A DNA stretch of 25,592 bases from Actinomycetota bacterium (GTDB lineage Bacteria; Actinomycetota; UBA4738; HRBIN12). Made by a program: the position numbers and the translations under genes. The DNA is taken from contig JBDTXD010000001.1 in NCBI GenBank assembly GCA_040006375.1, positions 1-25,592 on the forward strand, in the 5' to 3' direction. Each line of letters opens with the position of its first letter. Position 1 is the stretch's first letter. The notes beneath the pieces were generated by a model. It was not told where the DNA came from and searched no databases. It saw only the letters and a program-made list of their open reading frames with translations. Positions 1 through 8,703 of this stretch are shown here, piece by piece.

Positions 1-1
1 C

Positions 2-625
2 CTTCGGGACGCGCTGGACGGCGTGACGGCATCGTGGCGGGGCCGCGCACCTGAGCGAGGCTTCACCATGTCGATGGATCGCTTGCCATCGCAGCACGAT
101 CCCGACGCACTCACCGTCGTCGCCCGCGACCCCGACGGGCGGGCCCAGGGGTACCTTCACCTGGTCCCCTGTTACGGCGAGGAACCGGGGTTCAGCCTGG
201 ACCAGATGCGGCGGCGGCCCGATACCCCGAACGGTCTCATGGAGTGGATGGTCGCGGAGACCGCGTTGGAACTCGGCCGGCGCGGCGCCGAGAGATTCAG
301 CCTGAACTTCGCGGTTCGCGGCAGGATCTTCGACGATCAGTTCCACCTCACGCTGATCCAGCGCGCCGAGGCCAGGATCCTCGGGTGGCTCAACCCGTTC
401 TTTCAGCTCGAACGCCTCTGGTCCTTCAACGATAAGTTCGGGCCCGAATGGCGGCCGCGATTCATCTACTACGAGGCACCGCTCAGCCTCCCGCGCGTGA
501 TCCTCGCCTACCTGGAAGCGGAGGCGTTCCTGCGGTTGCCGTTGATCGGTACACAGGGCCGCCTCCGTCGGGCGAGTGCCCCACAGCTCCGAGAAGCACG
601 GCGCCGTCCCACCCTCCATCCCTGA
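2..625 (+). CDS. Phosphatidylglycerol lysyltransferase (MprF/LysX-type, DUF2156) C-terminal domain; 5'-partial
   Basis: Frame is open from the window edge. Motifs ERGFTMSMDR, FSLDQMRRRPDTPNGLMEWMV, FSLNFA, QLERLWSFNDKFGPEWRPRF and LEAEAFL match the aminoacyl-PG synthase domain. Confidence 0.85.
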   Translation, partial: LRDALDGVTASWRGRAPERGFTMSMDRLPSQHDPDALTVVARDPDGRAQGYLHLVPCYGEEPGFSLDQMRRRPDTPNGLMEWMVAETALELGRRGAERFSLNFAVRGRIFDDQFHLTLIQRAEARILGWLNPFFQLERLWSFNDKFGPEWRPRFIYYEAPLSLPRVILAYLEAEAFLRLPLIGTQGRLRRASAPQLREARRRPTLHP

Positions 626-656
626 GGGTGGGCCGGGACGTGATACAACGCACACC

Positions 657-2063
657 ATGATCGCCCGTTCTCGTTTCGCTGCAACCTATGCCGACGCCGC
701 CCACATCCCTCTGTGGCTGGACCGACCCCGCCCCTTCGACGACCAGCCGGCCCTGAAGGGCGACGTCACCGCGGACCTTGTGGTGGTCGGCGGAGGGTTC
801 ACCGGCCTGTGGACGGCCCTCCTGGCGAAGGAGGCGGATCCAGGGCGAGACGTGCTGCTCCTGGAACAGCGCGAGGTCGCGAATGCCGCCACCGGTCGCA
901 ACGGCGGATTCTGCGCCGCCACGCTCACCCACGGCTTGGGCAACGGTGCCGCACGGTGGCCGGATCAGATGCCCGAACTCGAACGGCAGGGAGCAGAGAA
1001 CCTCGCAGGGATCGAGGACACGGTCCATCGCTACGGCATCGACTGCGACTGGCGACACACCGGCGAGCTGATCCTGGCGACGCAGCCCTGGCAACTCGAA
1101 GGGCTCCGCCAGACCGTCGAGCACGCCGCAACCCTCGGACGGGCCGTCCAGTTCCTGGACCGTGATGAGGTAGCCCAGGAGGTCCGCTCACCCACCTACC
1201 TGGGCGGGTTCCGGGACGTGGAGGGCGCGGCCATGGTTGACCCAGCGCGGCTCGCGTGGGGCCTGACGACGACGTGTCTGCAACTGGGGGTTCGCATCCA
1301 CGAGCACACGGCCGCGATCGGGCTGGAGAAGACCGGTGCCGGCGTACTGGTGCGCACGCGGCGCGGGAACGTCCGCGCGGCACACGTCGCATTGGGCACG
1401 AACGTCTTTCCGAGCCTGGTTCGCCGCGTGCGGCCCTACGTGGTGCCGGTCTACGACTACGTCCTTGCGACCGAACCCATCGCTGCCGAGCGATGGGCCG
1501 AGATCGGCTGGGAAACCCGCACGGGACTGGCCGACGCGGGCAACCGGTTCCACTATTACTCTCGGACCGACGACGGGCGGATCGTCTGGGGAGGGTTCGA
1601 CGCGATCTATCACTACGGAAACGGCCTGCGGCCCGAACACGAGCAGCGTGCAACTACGTTCGAGCTCCTGGCCGAACACTTCTTCGAGACCTTCCCGCAG
1701 CTGGTCGGGACGCGATTCAGCCACACGTGGGGCGGCGCCATCGACACGTGCACGCGGTTCTCGCCGTTCTTCGGCACCGCGCTGGGTGGACGCGTGGCGT
1801 ATGCGCTGGGCTACACCGGCATGGGCGTGGGCGCGTCGCGATTCGGGGCGAGCGTGATGCTCGACAAGCTCGCGGGAGCCCGAACCGAACGGACGCGGTT
1901 GGAGCTGACGCAACGTAAGCCCGTCCCGTTCCCGCCGGAACCGATCCGGTGGGCGGGCATCACGCTCACCAAACGGGCGCTGGCGCACGCGGACGAGCAC
2001 GGCGGCGCGAGGAACCTCTGGCTCCGAACCCTGGATCGGTTCGGCGTCGGCTTCGACAGCTGA
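657..2063 (+). CDS. FAD-dependent oxidoreductase, DAO/DadA family (PuuB/OrdL-like)
   Basis: VVVGGGFTGLWTA dinucleotide-binding motif, ATGRNGGF, HTWGGAID and GYTGMGVGASRFG. ATG657 is preferred over the ORF-track start at 576, which overlaps the upstream gene. Confidence 0.85.
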   Translation: MIARSRFAATYADAAHIPLWLDRPRPFDDQPALKGDVTADLVVVGGGFTGLWTALLAKEADPGRDVLLLEQREVANAATGRNGGFCAATLTHGLGNGAARWPDQMPELERQGAENLAGIEDTVHRYGIDCDWRHTGELILATQPWQLEGLRQTVEHAATLGRAVQFLDRDEVAQEVRSPTYLGGFRDVEGAAMVDPARLAWGLTTTCLQLGVRIHEHTAAIGLEKTGAGVLVRTRRGNVRAAHVALGTNVFPSLVRRVRPYVVPVYDYVLATEPIAAERWAEIGWETRTGLADAGNRFHYYSRTDDGRIVWGGFDAIYHYGNGLRPEHEQRATTFELLAEHFFETFPQLVGTRFSHTWGGAIDTCTRFSPFFGTALGGRVAYALGYTGMGVGASRFGASVMLDKLAGARTERTRLELTQRKPVPFPPEPIRWAGITLTKRALAHADEHGGARNLWLRTLDRFGVGFDS

Positions 2064-2073
2064 ACCACGCGAC

Positions 2074-2079
2074 TACACT
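2074..2079 (+). promoter_or_regulatory. Putative -10 box (TACACT), leaderless start at 2087
   Basis: TANNNT 7 nt upstream of the ATG; no SD. Confidence 0.55.
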
Positions 2080-2086
2080 CCCGCGC

Positions 2087-2338
2087 ATGCTCGACATCAC
2101 CGAACGCGCAGCAGCCGTGGTGCACCAGTCGGAGCAGGCGGCGCGGCGATTCAACCCAAACGCTCGGATCCGCCTCGTGCCAACCGGGGGCGGCGTCGCG
2201 TTCGCCTTCACCGACTCCGCCGACCCCACTGATGCCGAGCTCGACTGCCTCGGAACGCTCCTGCTGGTGACTGAGGGGATCGAGGGCACCATCGACATCG
2301 GCGAACACAACGCGCCCGTCCTGGTTCCCACGCGTTGA
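2087..2338 (+). CDS. Small hypothetical protein (83 aa), HesB/IscA-like N-terminus
   Basis: MLDITERAAAVV...RIRL resembles HesB-fold starts. Codon usage is coding-like and a TACACT box precedes the ATG. Only one Cys. Confidence 0.65.
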   Translation: MLDITERAAAVVHQSEQAARRFNPNARIRLVPTGGGVAFAFTDSADPTDAELDCLGTLLLVTEGIEGTIDIGEHNAPVLVPTR

Positions 2339-2406
2339 TCCGAGGGACTCTCAGACGGTTCGCTGCGCCCGGGCCTCGCGTCTGCGTCCATCGCCTGCTC
2401 CTTTCC

Positions 2407-3615
2407 CTAATGCGTGCCGGCGCTCGCTGCGTCGGGGACCATGCGGTCGCGTTCGAACCGGTCGACGGCGAATGGGGCGATGAGATCGGGCACCCGCCCC
2501 GTCACGAGCGTCTCCGCCAGCAGTTTGCCGAAGATGGGCGAGCCTTTGAAGCCCCACGTCCCCATCCCCGCCATAAGGAAGAATTTCTCCACATCCGTGG
2601 CGCCGAGCATCGGTGAGGAATCGGGCGTCATGTCGCAGAGGCCCGTCCACTGGCGCATCACGCGCGCGTTCGCGATGAACGGCAGGAACATGATGGTGCG
2701 CCGGGATGCCTCAGCCAGGAAGTCGAACGTCGACCGCGTGGAATACGTGTTGTAGGGCAGGATCTCTGCGCCCACCAGGAACTCGCCACGCGCGGTCTGC
2801 GATATGTATACGTACAGGTCCATCGAGCTGATCAATCCGTCGAAGACGTGCGCGTAGGGTTCGGTCACGAAGGCCTGCAAGGGGTGCGTGCTGATGGGGA
2901 GCTGCAGTCCCGCCATCCCGGCGACGATCGACGAGTACCCCGCGACTGCGCTGACAACCGTCCCCGCACCCACCGGCCCTGCCTCGGTCTGGACACCCGA
3001 ACACCCGCCGTTCGCGACATCGATCCCGGTGACACCCACGCCTTCGTGGATGTGGACGCCCAGGCGTTGCGCCGCGGTGGCGTAGCCCCAGACCACCGAG
3101 TCGTGGTGCGCGATGGATCCGGGCGGGTGGTAGCTGGCGCCGATGACCGGCAGCTCTCCGCCGCCCGACATATCGATGTCCGGGCACATCTTCAGGACTT
3201 CCTCGGGGCTCAGGATGTCGGTCTGGACAGCGTACGCACGGTTCAGGAGGGATTTGTCACGCTCGACCTCGAGGGCATCGGTGGTGTGGACCAGGTCGAG
3301 TTCGCCGGCGGTGGTGAACATGATGTTGAAGTCCAGGCGTTGGCTGAGCGTTCGCCAGATCTCCAGGCTCGCCTTGTAGAGCGGCACGGTTTCCGGCGTG
3401 TTGTAGTTGGCGCGAACCACCTGCGTATTCCGGCCGCTGCCCCCGCCGCCGATGTAGGCACGCTCGAACACCGCGACGTTCGTGATGCCGTGGTTGGCGG
3501 CCAGGTTATACGCCAGGCTCAGCCCGTTGACGCCGCCTCCGATGATGACGACGTCGTAGTGCGGGTTCACCGCTCTTCGCTTCAGGAACGTGTGTCGTTT
3601 CAGCAGGCCGGTCAC
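2407..3615 (-). CDS. soxB: Sarcosine oxidase-like beta subunit (FAD-binding)
   Basis: YDVVIIGGGVNG, GGGSGRNTQVVRANY, IAHHDSVVWGYA (equivalent of the FMN-linking His region), RQWTGLCDMTPDSSP, GTWGFK and C-terminal ASAGTH. GTG3615 overlaps the soxG stop (GTGA). Confidence 0.85.
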   Translation of the reverse strand: MTGLLKRHTFLKRRAVNPHYDVVIIGGGVNGLSLAYNLAANHGITNVAVFERAYIGGGGSGRNTQVVRANYNTPETVPLYKASLEIWRTLSQRLDFNIMFTTAGELDLVHTTDALEVERDKSLLNRAYAVQTDILSPEEVLKMCPDIDMSGGGELPVIGASYHPPGSIAHHDSVVWGYATAAQRLGVHIHEGVGVTGIDVANGGCSGVQTEAGPVGAGTVVSAVAGYSSIVAGMAGLQLPISTHPLQAFVTEPYAHVFDGLISSMDLYVYISQTARGEFLVGAEILPYNTYSTRSTFDFLAEASRRTIMFLPFIANARVMRQWTGLCDMTPDSSPMLGATDVEKFFLMAGMGTWGFKGSPIFGKLLAETLVTGRVPDLIAPFAVDRFERDRMVPDAASAGTH

Positions 3616-4088
3616 CGCGCACCCCACGCGGTCCCGGGCGCGGCCCTCACGCCGAGATCGGCGCACCGGCCCATGATCCGCTCGTGCAGGTAGTCGCCCC
3701 ATACCGCGGCGACGAGCACATGCGCGCGGCCGTGGTCGATCACGATACGCGCAGGGATGTGAGCGACGTCGCCCTGCGTGAAACCATCGATCGCGGGGTC
3801 GAGGTCCAGATGCGAGAGTCGCTGGAGCGCCTCCGGAAGGTGGTCGCCAGTGAGCGTCCACACCGCCCACCCGTCCGTCCCGTCCACGATCAGGGCGTCC
3901 GGGTCTCCCGCCGTCACTGCCCCAGCGTCGCGGAGCAGCGCCTCTCCCGCGCCGGCTTCGCGAACGAACATCTCCTCGTCGGGCGCGATCCGGCAGCGCG
4001 TGGCGCCCGCGGGGGCGAGCGCGTCGAGCGCCGCAGGTTCGGCGTGCACCTGCACAACCGCTGCCGACGTGCGGGAGACCTCAAGCAC
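3612..4088 (-). CDS. soxG: Sarcosine oxidase-like gamma subunit
   Basis: 158 aa with RIAPDEEM, VDGTDGWAVWTLTG and WGDYLHERI. Overlaps both soxA (8 bp) and soxB (4 bp). Confidence 0.75.
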   Translation of the reverse strand: MLEVSRTSAAVVQVHAEPAALDALAPAGATRCRIAPDEEMFVREAGAGEALLRDAGAVTAGDPDALIVDGTDGWAVWTLTGDHLPEALQRLSHLDLDPAIDGFTQGDVAHIPARIVIDHGRAHVLVAAVWGDYLHERIMGRCADLGVRAAPGTAWGAR

Positions 4089-6705
4089 GGAGTCTCGCTC
4101 CTTCGGGGTCGTAGAACGGCGTCGGTACGACGCGACAGCCGACCCCGTTGGCAGTCAACGCCGATGGGAACTCCCCATCGACCGATCGCAGCCAGCCGAG
4201 ACCCACGCCGTATCCGAGTGAAGGCGAATGACCGCATGATGTGACCCTGCCGACGATCCGATCACCGGTCATGAGCGGCACCCCGCGCTGCGGCTCCGCG
4301 TCGAACCGCAGGCCAACCAGCTTCCGTTCCGATGGCAAGGCCGCCATCCGCTCGAGCGACGAACGACCGATGAAATCACCCTTGTCCATGGCGACCGCCC
4401 AGCCCAGTCCCAGCTTGTCCGGGTAGTCGTCGGGAAGCGTGTCCTGTGCGAGATAGAGATGCCCCTTCTCCATCCGAAGCAGATCGAGCGCGTCCAGACC
4501 GTGCGGCCGGATGTCCCACTCGGCGCCGGCCTCGATCAGCGCCGTCCACAGTGCCACGCTGCACGAGCGCGGATGATGCAGTTCGAACGACAGCTCTCCG
4601 ACGAACCCCACCCGGACCGCCCGGCACGGCACGCCGGCGATCGTCACCTCGGCGTGGCCGGGATAGCGGATGGCGCCCGCAGACAGATCGTCGTCGCTGA
4701 GTTCGGCGAGGAGATCGCGCGCATGGGGACCAGCGACGTTGATCGCGCCGAGCATCGCGGTCTGGTTCATCACGTGTGCCCGGATGCCGAACCGGTCCGC
4801 CCAGTTCCGAAGCCCTGCTTCCATCCTGTCCGCACCGCCAGACGTCGAGGTCAGGTAATACCGCCCATCGGGAAGCGCGCAGATGAGGCCGTCGTCCATG
4901 ACGTACCCGGCCTCGTCCAGCGCGAGGAGGTACCGGCTGCGACCCGGCGTGAGATCGGTCACGCGCGTCGGGAAGACGCGGTCCACCAGGGCCGTCGCGT
5001 CCCGCCCGGCGATGAGGAACTTGCCCAGCGTGCTCACGTCCATCAGGGACACGCGTTCGCGAACCGCCCGATACTCCCCCCGCCAGTCCCCGTAGTGATA
5101 CGGACGGATCCAACTCCCCGACCAGTCCAGGCGGGCGCCGGCCGCGCCGTGGGTGTCGTGGAGCGCGGTGTGTTTCGGGATGACCTCGTTCACCCCGCCC
5201 GCGATATCGCCCAGGCGGACCGTGCGGGCGGGTGGGCGAGCGGTGGTTCGAGCGCCGGCCCCCGAGCTTGCTGCACCGGCGGCGGCGAACGCGGCCAGAT
5301 GCCGCCCGCACATCGCTCCCTGGCAGGGCCCCATGGTCGCGGTCGTGTACCGCTTCAGGATCTCCGAGGACTGCCAGCCCTCCGCCCACGCGGCCTCCAA
5401 GTCGTGGACCGACACGTCTGCGCAGAGACACACGTACCCGTCGACGCCCATCGCCACCGGATCGGGCTCGCGCGGCGTCTCCTCCCCCGCGCCGACGCCG
5501 GCCGCCGCGCCCGAGGCCTCCGCCTCTTCGAGCGAACAGCCGGGAAGGACGACCTCCCCCGCGCCGCACACCGACACATCGCCGCTCATCCGGAGCAGCC
5601 CGTCGCGAGGTGCGGAGCCGACGGAGAGCGTGAGCACGTCACACTCGATCGTGCGTTCTCCCTGCTGGGTCGAGAGCCGCACGGCGGTGAGGTGACTCCG
5701 GCCCTCGGCTGCTAGCACCTTCGCGCCCCGCAACACCTCGATGTCGGTGGGCACCGCCTCGGCGAGGGCTTCAGGGACCACCGCCGCGAGCACGGTCACG
5801 CCGGCAGCCTTCAGCGTGCCCAGGTGCAGGATCCCCTCCACCGAATCCGCGACGACAACCGCCCGATCCCCGGGCGCGACACCGTGCACCCCCGCCAGCC
5901 TCGCGGCTCCGCGGCCGAGCCACACACCGGGGAGATCGTTGCCGGGGAAGACTGCGTGCGTCTCGACGGCGCCCGTCGCCACGATCACTCGGCCGGGATC
6001 GATCTGGAGGAGTTCGTCCGGGCCGACCACCGGCACCAAAGGTCCGTCGTAGACGCCGACGGCGGTGTGACCGGCCAGCACGGTCACGTTGGACACGGCG
6101 TCCAACTCGCGAGCCAGCGCCACCACCCGGTCGCGTGCCGCTCCCGGCGCGATCGCCGCCCCGGGTACCCCTTCGTCGCAGAGGAGCACTCGCGCGCCGG
6201 TGCCGCCCGCCGCCTTCGCTGCGGCCAGGCCCGCGGCCCCCCCGCCAACCACCAGCACGTCGGTGTGGACGTGGCGGCTCGGCTTCATGCGCGGCGCCTG
6301 CCCCATCGGCAAGGCGCCGATCCCGGTCGCGCGCCGGATGATCTTCTCCGCGAACTCCCAGGCCCACCGCGGCCGAACGAACACCTTGTAATAGAAGCCG
6401 ACCGGCATGAACCGATGGAGGTGATCGGTGATCTTCAGCACGTCGCGTTCGGTCGAAGGCCATCCGGATTCCCGGCGAACGGTGGCACCTTCTCGAGCCG
6501 GCGTGGTGCACGCCCGGCACCCAGGCTGTCCGTCGACGGTGACCAAACAGTTCGGACAGTCGCCGGTCATGCAATAGAGACCGCGCCGACGGTGATGCTT
6601 CAACGATCGTGTGAACGTCCGCACCCCGGCGCGGTAGAGCGCCGAGCCGACGGTGTCTCCGTCGCGGAGGGGGACGCGCTTGCCTTCGAAGTCGATGGTG
6701 GCCAC
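4081..6705 (-). CDS. soxA: Sarcosine oxidase-like alpha subunit: 2Fe-2S domain + pyridine nucleotide oxidoreductase + BFD-like Cys cluster + GcvT-like folate-binding domain
   Basis: GDTVGSAL...RSLKHHRRRGLYC, GFYYKVF, GGGAAG, KRYTTATMGPCQG, DVSTLGKF, YLTSTSGGA, RVGFVGELSFELH and LRMEKG. GTG6705 overlaps the soxD stop (TAGTG). Confidence 0.85.
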   Translation of the reverse strand: MATIDFEGKRVPLRDGDTVGSALYRAGVRTFTRSLKHHRRRGLYCMTGDCPNCLVTVDGQPGCRACTTPAREGATVRRESGWPSTERDVLKITDHLHRFMPVGFYYKVFVRPRWAWEFAEKIIRRATGIGALPMGQAPRMKPSRHVHTDVLVVGGGAAGLAAAKAAGGTGARVLLCDEGVPGAAIAPGAARDRVVALARELDAVSNVTVLAGHTAVGVYDGPLVPVVGPDELLQIDPGRVIVATGAVETHAVFPGNDLPGVWLGRGAARLAGVHGVAPGDRAVVVADSVEGILHLGTLKAAGVTVLAAVVPEALAEAVPTDIEVLRGAKVLAAEGRSHLTAVRLSTQQGERTIECDVLTLSVGSAPRDGLLRMSGDVSVCGAGEVVLPGCSLEEAEASGAAAGVGAGEETPREPDPVAMGVDGYVCLCADVSVHDLEAAWAEGWQSSEILKRYTTATMGPCQGAMCGRHLAAFAAAGAASSGAGARTTARPPARTVRLGDIAGGVNEVIPKHTALHDTHGAAGARLDWSGSWIRPYHYGDWRGEYRAVRERVSLMDVSTLGKFLIAGRDATALVDRVFPTRVTDLTPGRSRYLLALDEAGYVMDDGLICALPDGRYYLTSTSGGADRMEAGLRNWADRFGIRAHVMNQTAMLGAINVAGPHARDLLAELSDDDLSAGAIRYPGHAEVTIAGVPCRAVRVGFVGELSFELHHPRSCSVALWTALIEAGAEWDIRPHGLDALDLLRMEKGHLYLAQDTLPDDYPDKLGLGWAVAMDKGDFIGRSSLERMAALPSERKLVGLRFDAEPQRGVPLMTGDRIVGRVTSCGHSPSLGYGVGLGWLRSVDGEFPSALTANGVGCRVVPTPFYDPEGARLRA

Positions 6706-6935
6706 TAGGCGCCGGTCCGGTTCGTCACCGTGTCGCGCGTCACCTGGAACCACCGGCGGCAGCCGAACGCGTGGTACCAGCGTTCGTCCTGAGGGCCGGG
6801 CGCGTTCTCGCGCAGGTACACGCGAACGAAGTCCTCGTGAGGCGTCGGCGCATCCAGGTCACGGAGCTCGCCGCCGAAGCTGAACTCCGTGTACGGGCGA
6901 GGACCGCACGTGGGACACGCGATCTTGATCGTCAT
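6705..6935 (-). CDS. soxD: Sarcosine oxidase-like delta subunit (Zn-binding)
   Basis: CPTCGPRPYTEF and ERWYHAFGCRRWF...RDTVTN give the Cys/Cys/His/Cys Zn ligands. AGGTGG SD upstream. Confidence 0.9.
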   Translation of the reverse strand: MTIKIACPTCGPRPYTEFSFGGELRDLDAPTPHEDFVRVYLRENAPGPQDERWYHAFGCRRWFQVTRDTVTNRTGA

Positions 6936-7028
6936 AGCGGGCCACCTGTGACTTGGGGTCAGAGCGCCACGGCGGCGCCGGACAACGCACGGGTCATCAC
7001 GATACAGGCGGGGGTCGGCGCGATACTA

Positions 7029-7053
7029 CGCGTCCCCGTGACCCGGGGTCGCG
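7029..7053. other. GC-rich inverted repeat between the amidohydrolase stop and soxD
   Basis: CGCGTCCCCG-TGACC-CGGGGTCGCG forms a 9-bp stem with one T-T mismatch. No U-tract, so function is uncertain. Confidence 0.3.
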
Positions 7054-7059
7054 CCGGAC

Positions 7060-8703
7060 TCAACCCTGGTGCACGACCTCGCCGCCGACCATCGTCATCT
7101 CAACCTTCGCGGCCAAGACGCGCCGGGGATCCGGCTTCACGCACCCGAAGAGGTCGTGAGACAGGAGCGCGAGGTCGGCGTACTTGCCGGGGGAGATCGA
7201 ACCTCGGTCATCCTCCGCAAAGCATGCGTACGCCCCGCCCATCGTGTAGGCGCGGATCGCCGACGCCAGGTCGACACGCTCCTCCGGGACCCACGACTCC
7301 GATCCGTCCAGGGTCGCTCGCGTGATCGCCGAGTAGATCCCGATGATCGGATCCATCTCCGCGACGTTCCAGTCCGAGCTGAACGCCAGCGTCGCCCCCG
7401 CCTCTTGCAACGAACGGAACGCCCAGGCATACCGCCACCGCTCCTCGCCGACGTTCGCCCGCCAGTCGGCCACGATGTCGGGAGAGCAGTGCCGCGGCTG
7501 CATCCCCGGGATCACGCCGAGCTCGGCGAAGCGGGGGATGTCCTCCTGGGTCAGGCATTCGGTGTGGATCATGAGGTGTCGCCTGTCGCCCGGACCGTTG
7601 GCCTGACGCGCCGCCTCGATCCCGTCCAGCGCGGTCCGGATCCCGCGGTCACCGGTGGCGTGGATGTGACACTGGAACCCCTGCTGTTCGAGCTCGGTGA
7701 TCAAGCCGCCGAACTCCTTCGGATCCCAGAACGTGTCGCCTCGCTCGCCGGGACGATTCGCATAGGGCTCGACCATCGCGGCCGTCCACGGCTCGATCAC
7801 ATCGTCGATATAGAGCTTGATGGGCGCCACGCGGAGACGGTCGTCCGCGAACCGCTCGCGCGCCGCCACGAACTCCGCCCGCTCGGCGTCGGTGGTGCCG
7901 ACCGGGTGGAACATCGCTGCGACGAGTCGAGACTGCAGTCGGCCCTCATCGCGTGCCCGCTGGTAGATCCACAGATCGTCCGGAGAGTTCTGCGGTTCAA
8001 CGATGGTGGTGATCCCGAACTGGGTCGCCATATCCAGGCTCTCGAGCGTCCGCGTGTACTGCTGGTCATGCGCATACCCGGGGAGCACGCCCTCCAGTGC
8101 CGCCTGTCCCCGCCGACTTATCCCCATCACGGCGAACCCGGTGACGAACCCGGTCGGTTCGCCCCCCGCGTCATGCTGCACATGACCGAACGGAAGATCG
8201 CCGGAACCCCGGGTCACCCCGAAGATCTCCATCGCCTCGCGGTTCATCCAGACGTTGTGCGCGTCGTAGCTCAGGAGGAAGGCGGGCTTGCCGCCTGTCA
8301 CGCCTTCCAGATCACGCCAGGTGGGCAGGCGACCGCCCGGCATCGCGGAGTAGTTCCACCCGACGCCCTCGATCCACGCGAGGTCCGGGCGCCCGTCCGA
8401 CCAGCTTCGCACCCGCTCGGTGATCTCCTCGAGCGTCGCGGCACCCGCGAGGTTCACCTCCAACGGGTTCGACCCCAGACGGACATGGTTGTGTGTGTCG
8501 ATGAATCCGGGCAGGAGCATCTTCCTACCCGCGTCGATGACCCGGGTGCCCGGCCCGGTGTGCGCGCCGGCCTCCGAGTCGAGTCCGACCCAGGCGATCC
8601 GATCGCCGACCACTGCGACCGCGTCCGTCCAGGGCAGGTTCGGGTCGACCGTGTAGACCCTGGCGTTGCGGATGAGGGTGTCGGCCGGCTGCGTCGCGTT
8701 CAT
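7060..8703 (-). CDS. Amidohydrolase family 3 (YtcJ/NfdA-like) metallo-hydrolase
   Basis: LPGFIDTHNH, IKLYIDD, HIHATGDRG, IHTE, FSSDWNV, AYTMGGAYA and GSISPGKYADL. Confidence 0.9.
   Translation of the reverse strand: MNATQPADTLIRNARVYTVDPNLPWTDAVAVVGDRIAWVGLDSEAGAHTGPGTRVIDAGRKMLLPGFIDTHNHVRLGSNPLEVNLAGAATLEEITERVRSWSDGRPDLAWIEGVGWNYSAMPGGRLPTWRDLEGVTGGKPAFLLSYDAHNVWMNREAMEIFGVTRGSGDLPFGHVQHDAGGEPTGFVTGFAVMGISRRGQAALEGVLPGYAHDQQYTRTLESLDMATQFGITTIVEPQNSPDDLWIYQRARDEGRLQSRLVAAMFHPVGTTDAERAEFVAARERFADDRLRVAPIKLYIDDVIEPWTAAMVEPYANRPGERGDTFWDPKEFGGLITELEQQGFQCHIHATGDRGIRTALDGIEAARQANGPGDRRHLMIHTECLTQEDIPRFAELGVIPGMQPRHCSPDIVADWRANVGEERWRYAWAFRSLQEAGATLAFSSDWNVAEMDPIIGIYSAITRATLDGSESWVPEERVDLASAIRAYTMGGAYACFAEDDRGSISPGKYADLALLSHDLFGCVKPDPRRVLAAKVEMTMVGGEVVHQG

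Noticed and set aside
3616-3870. Upstream extension of soxB in the ORF track
   Set aside because: It overlaps soxG in another frame. The GTGA coupling at 3612-3615 gives the natural start.
6936-7059. Glycine or other riboswitch upstream of the sox-like operon
   Set aside because: The region is too short and I see no recognisable aptamer consensus, only one simple hairpin.
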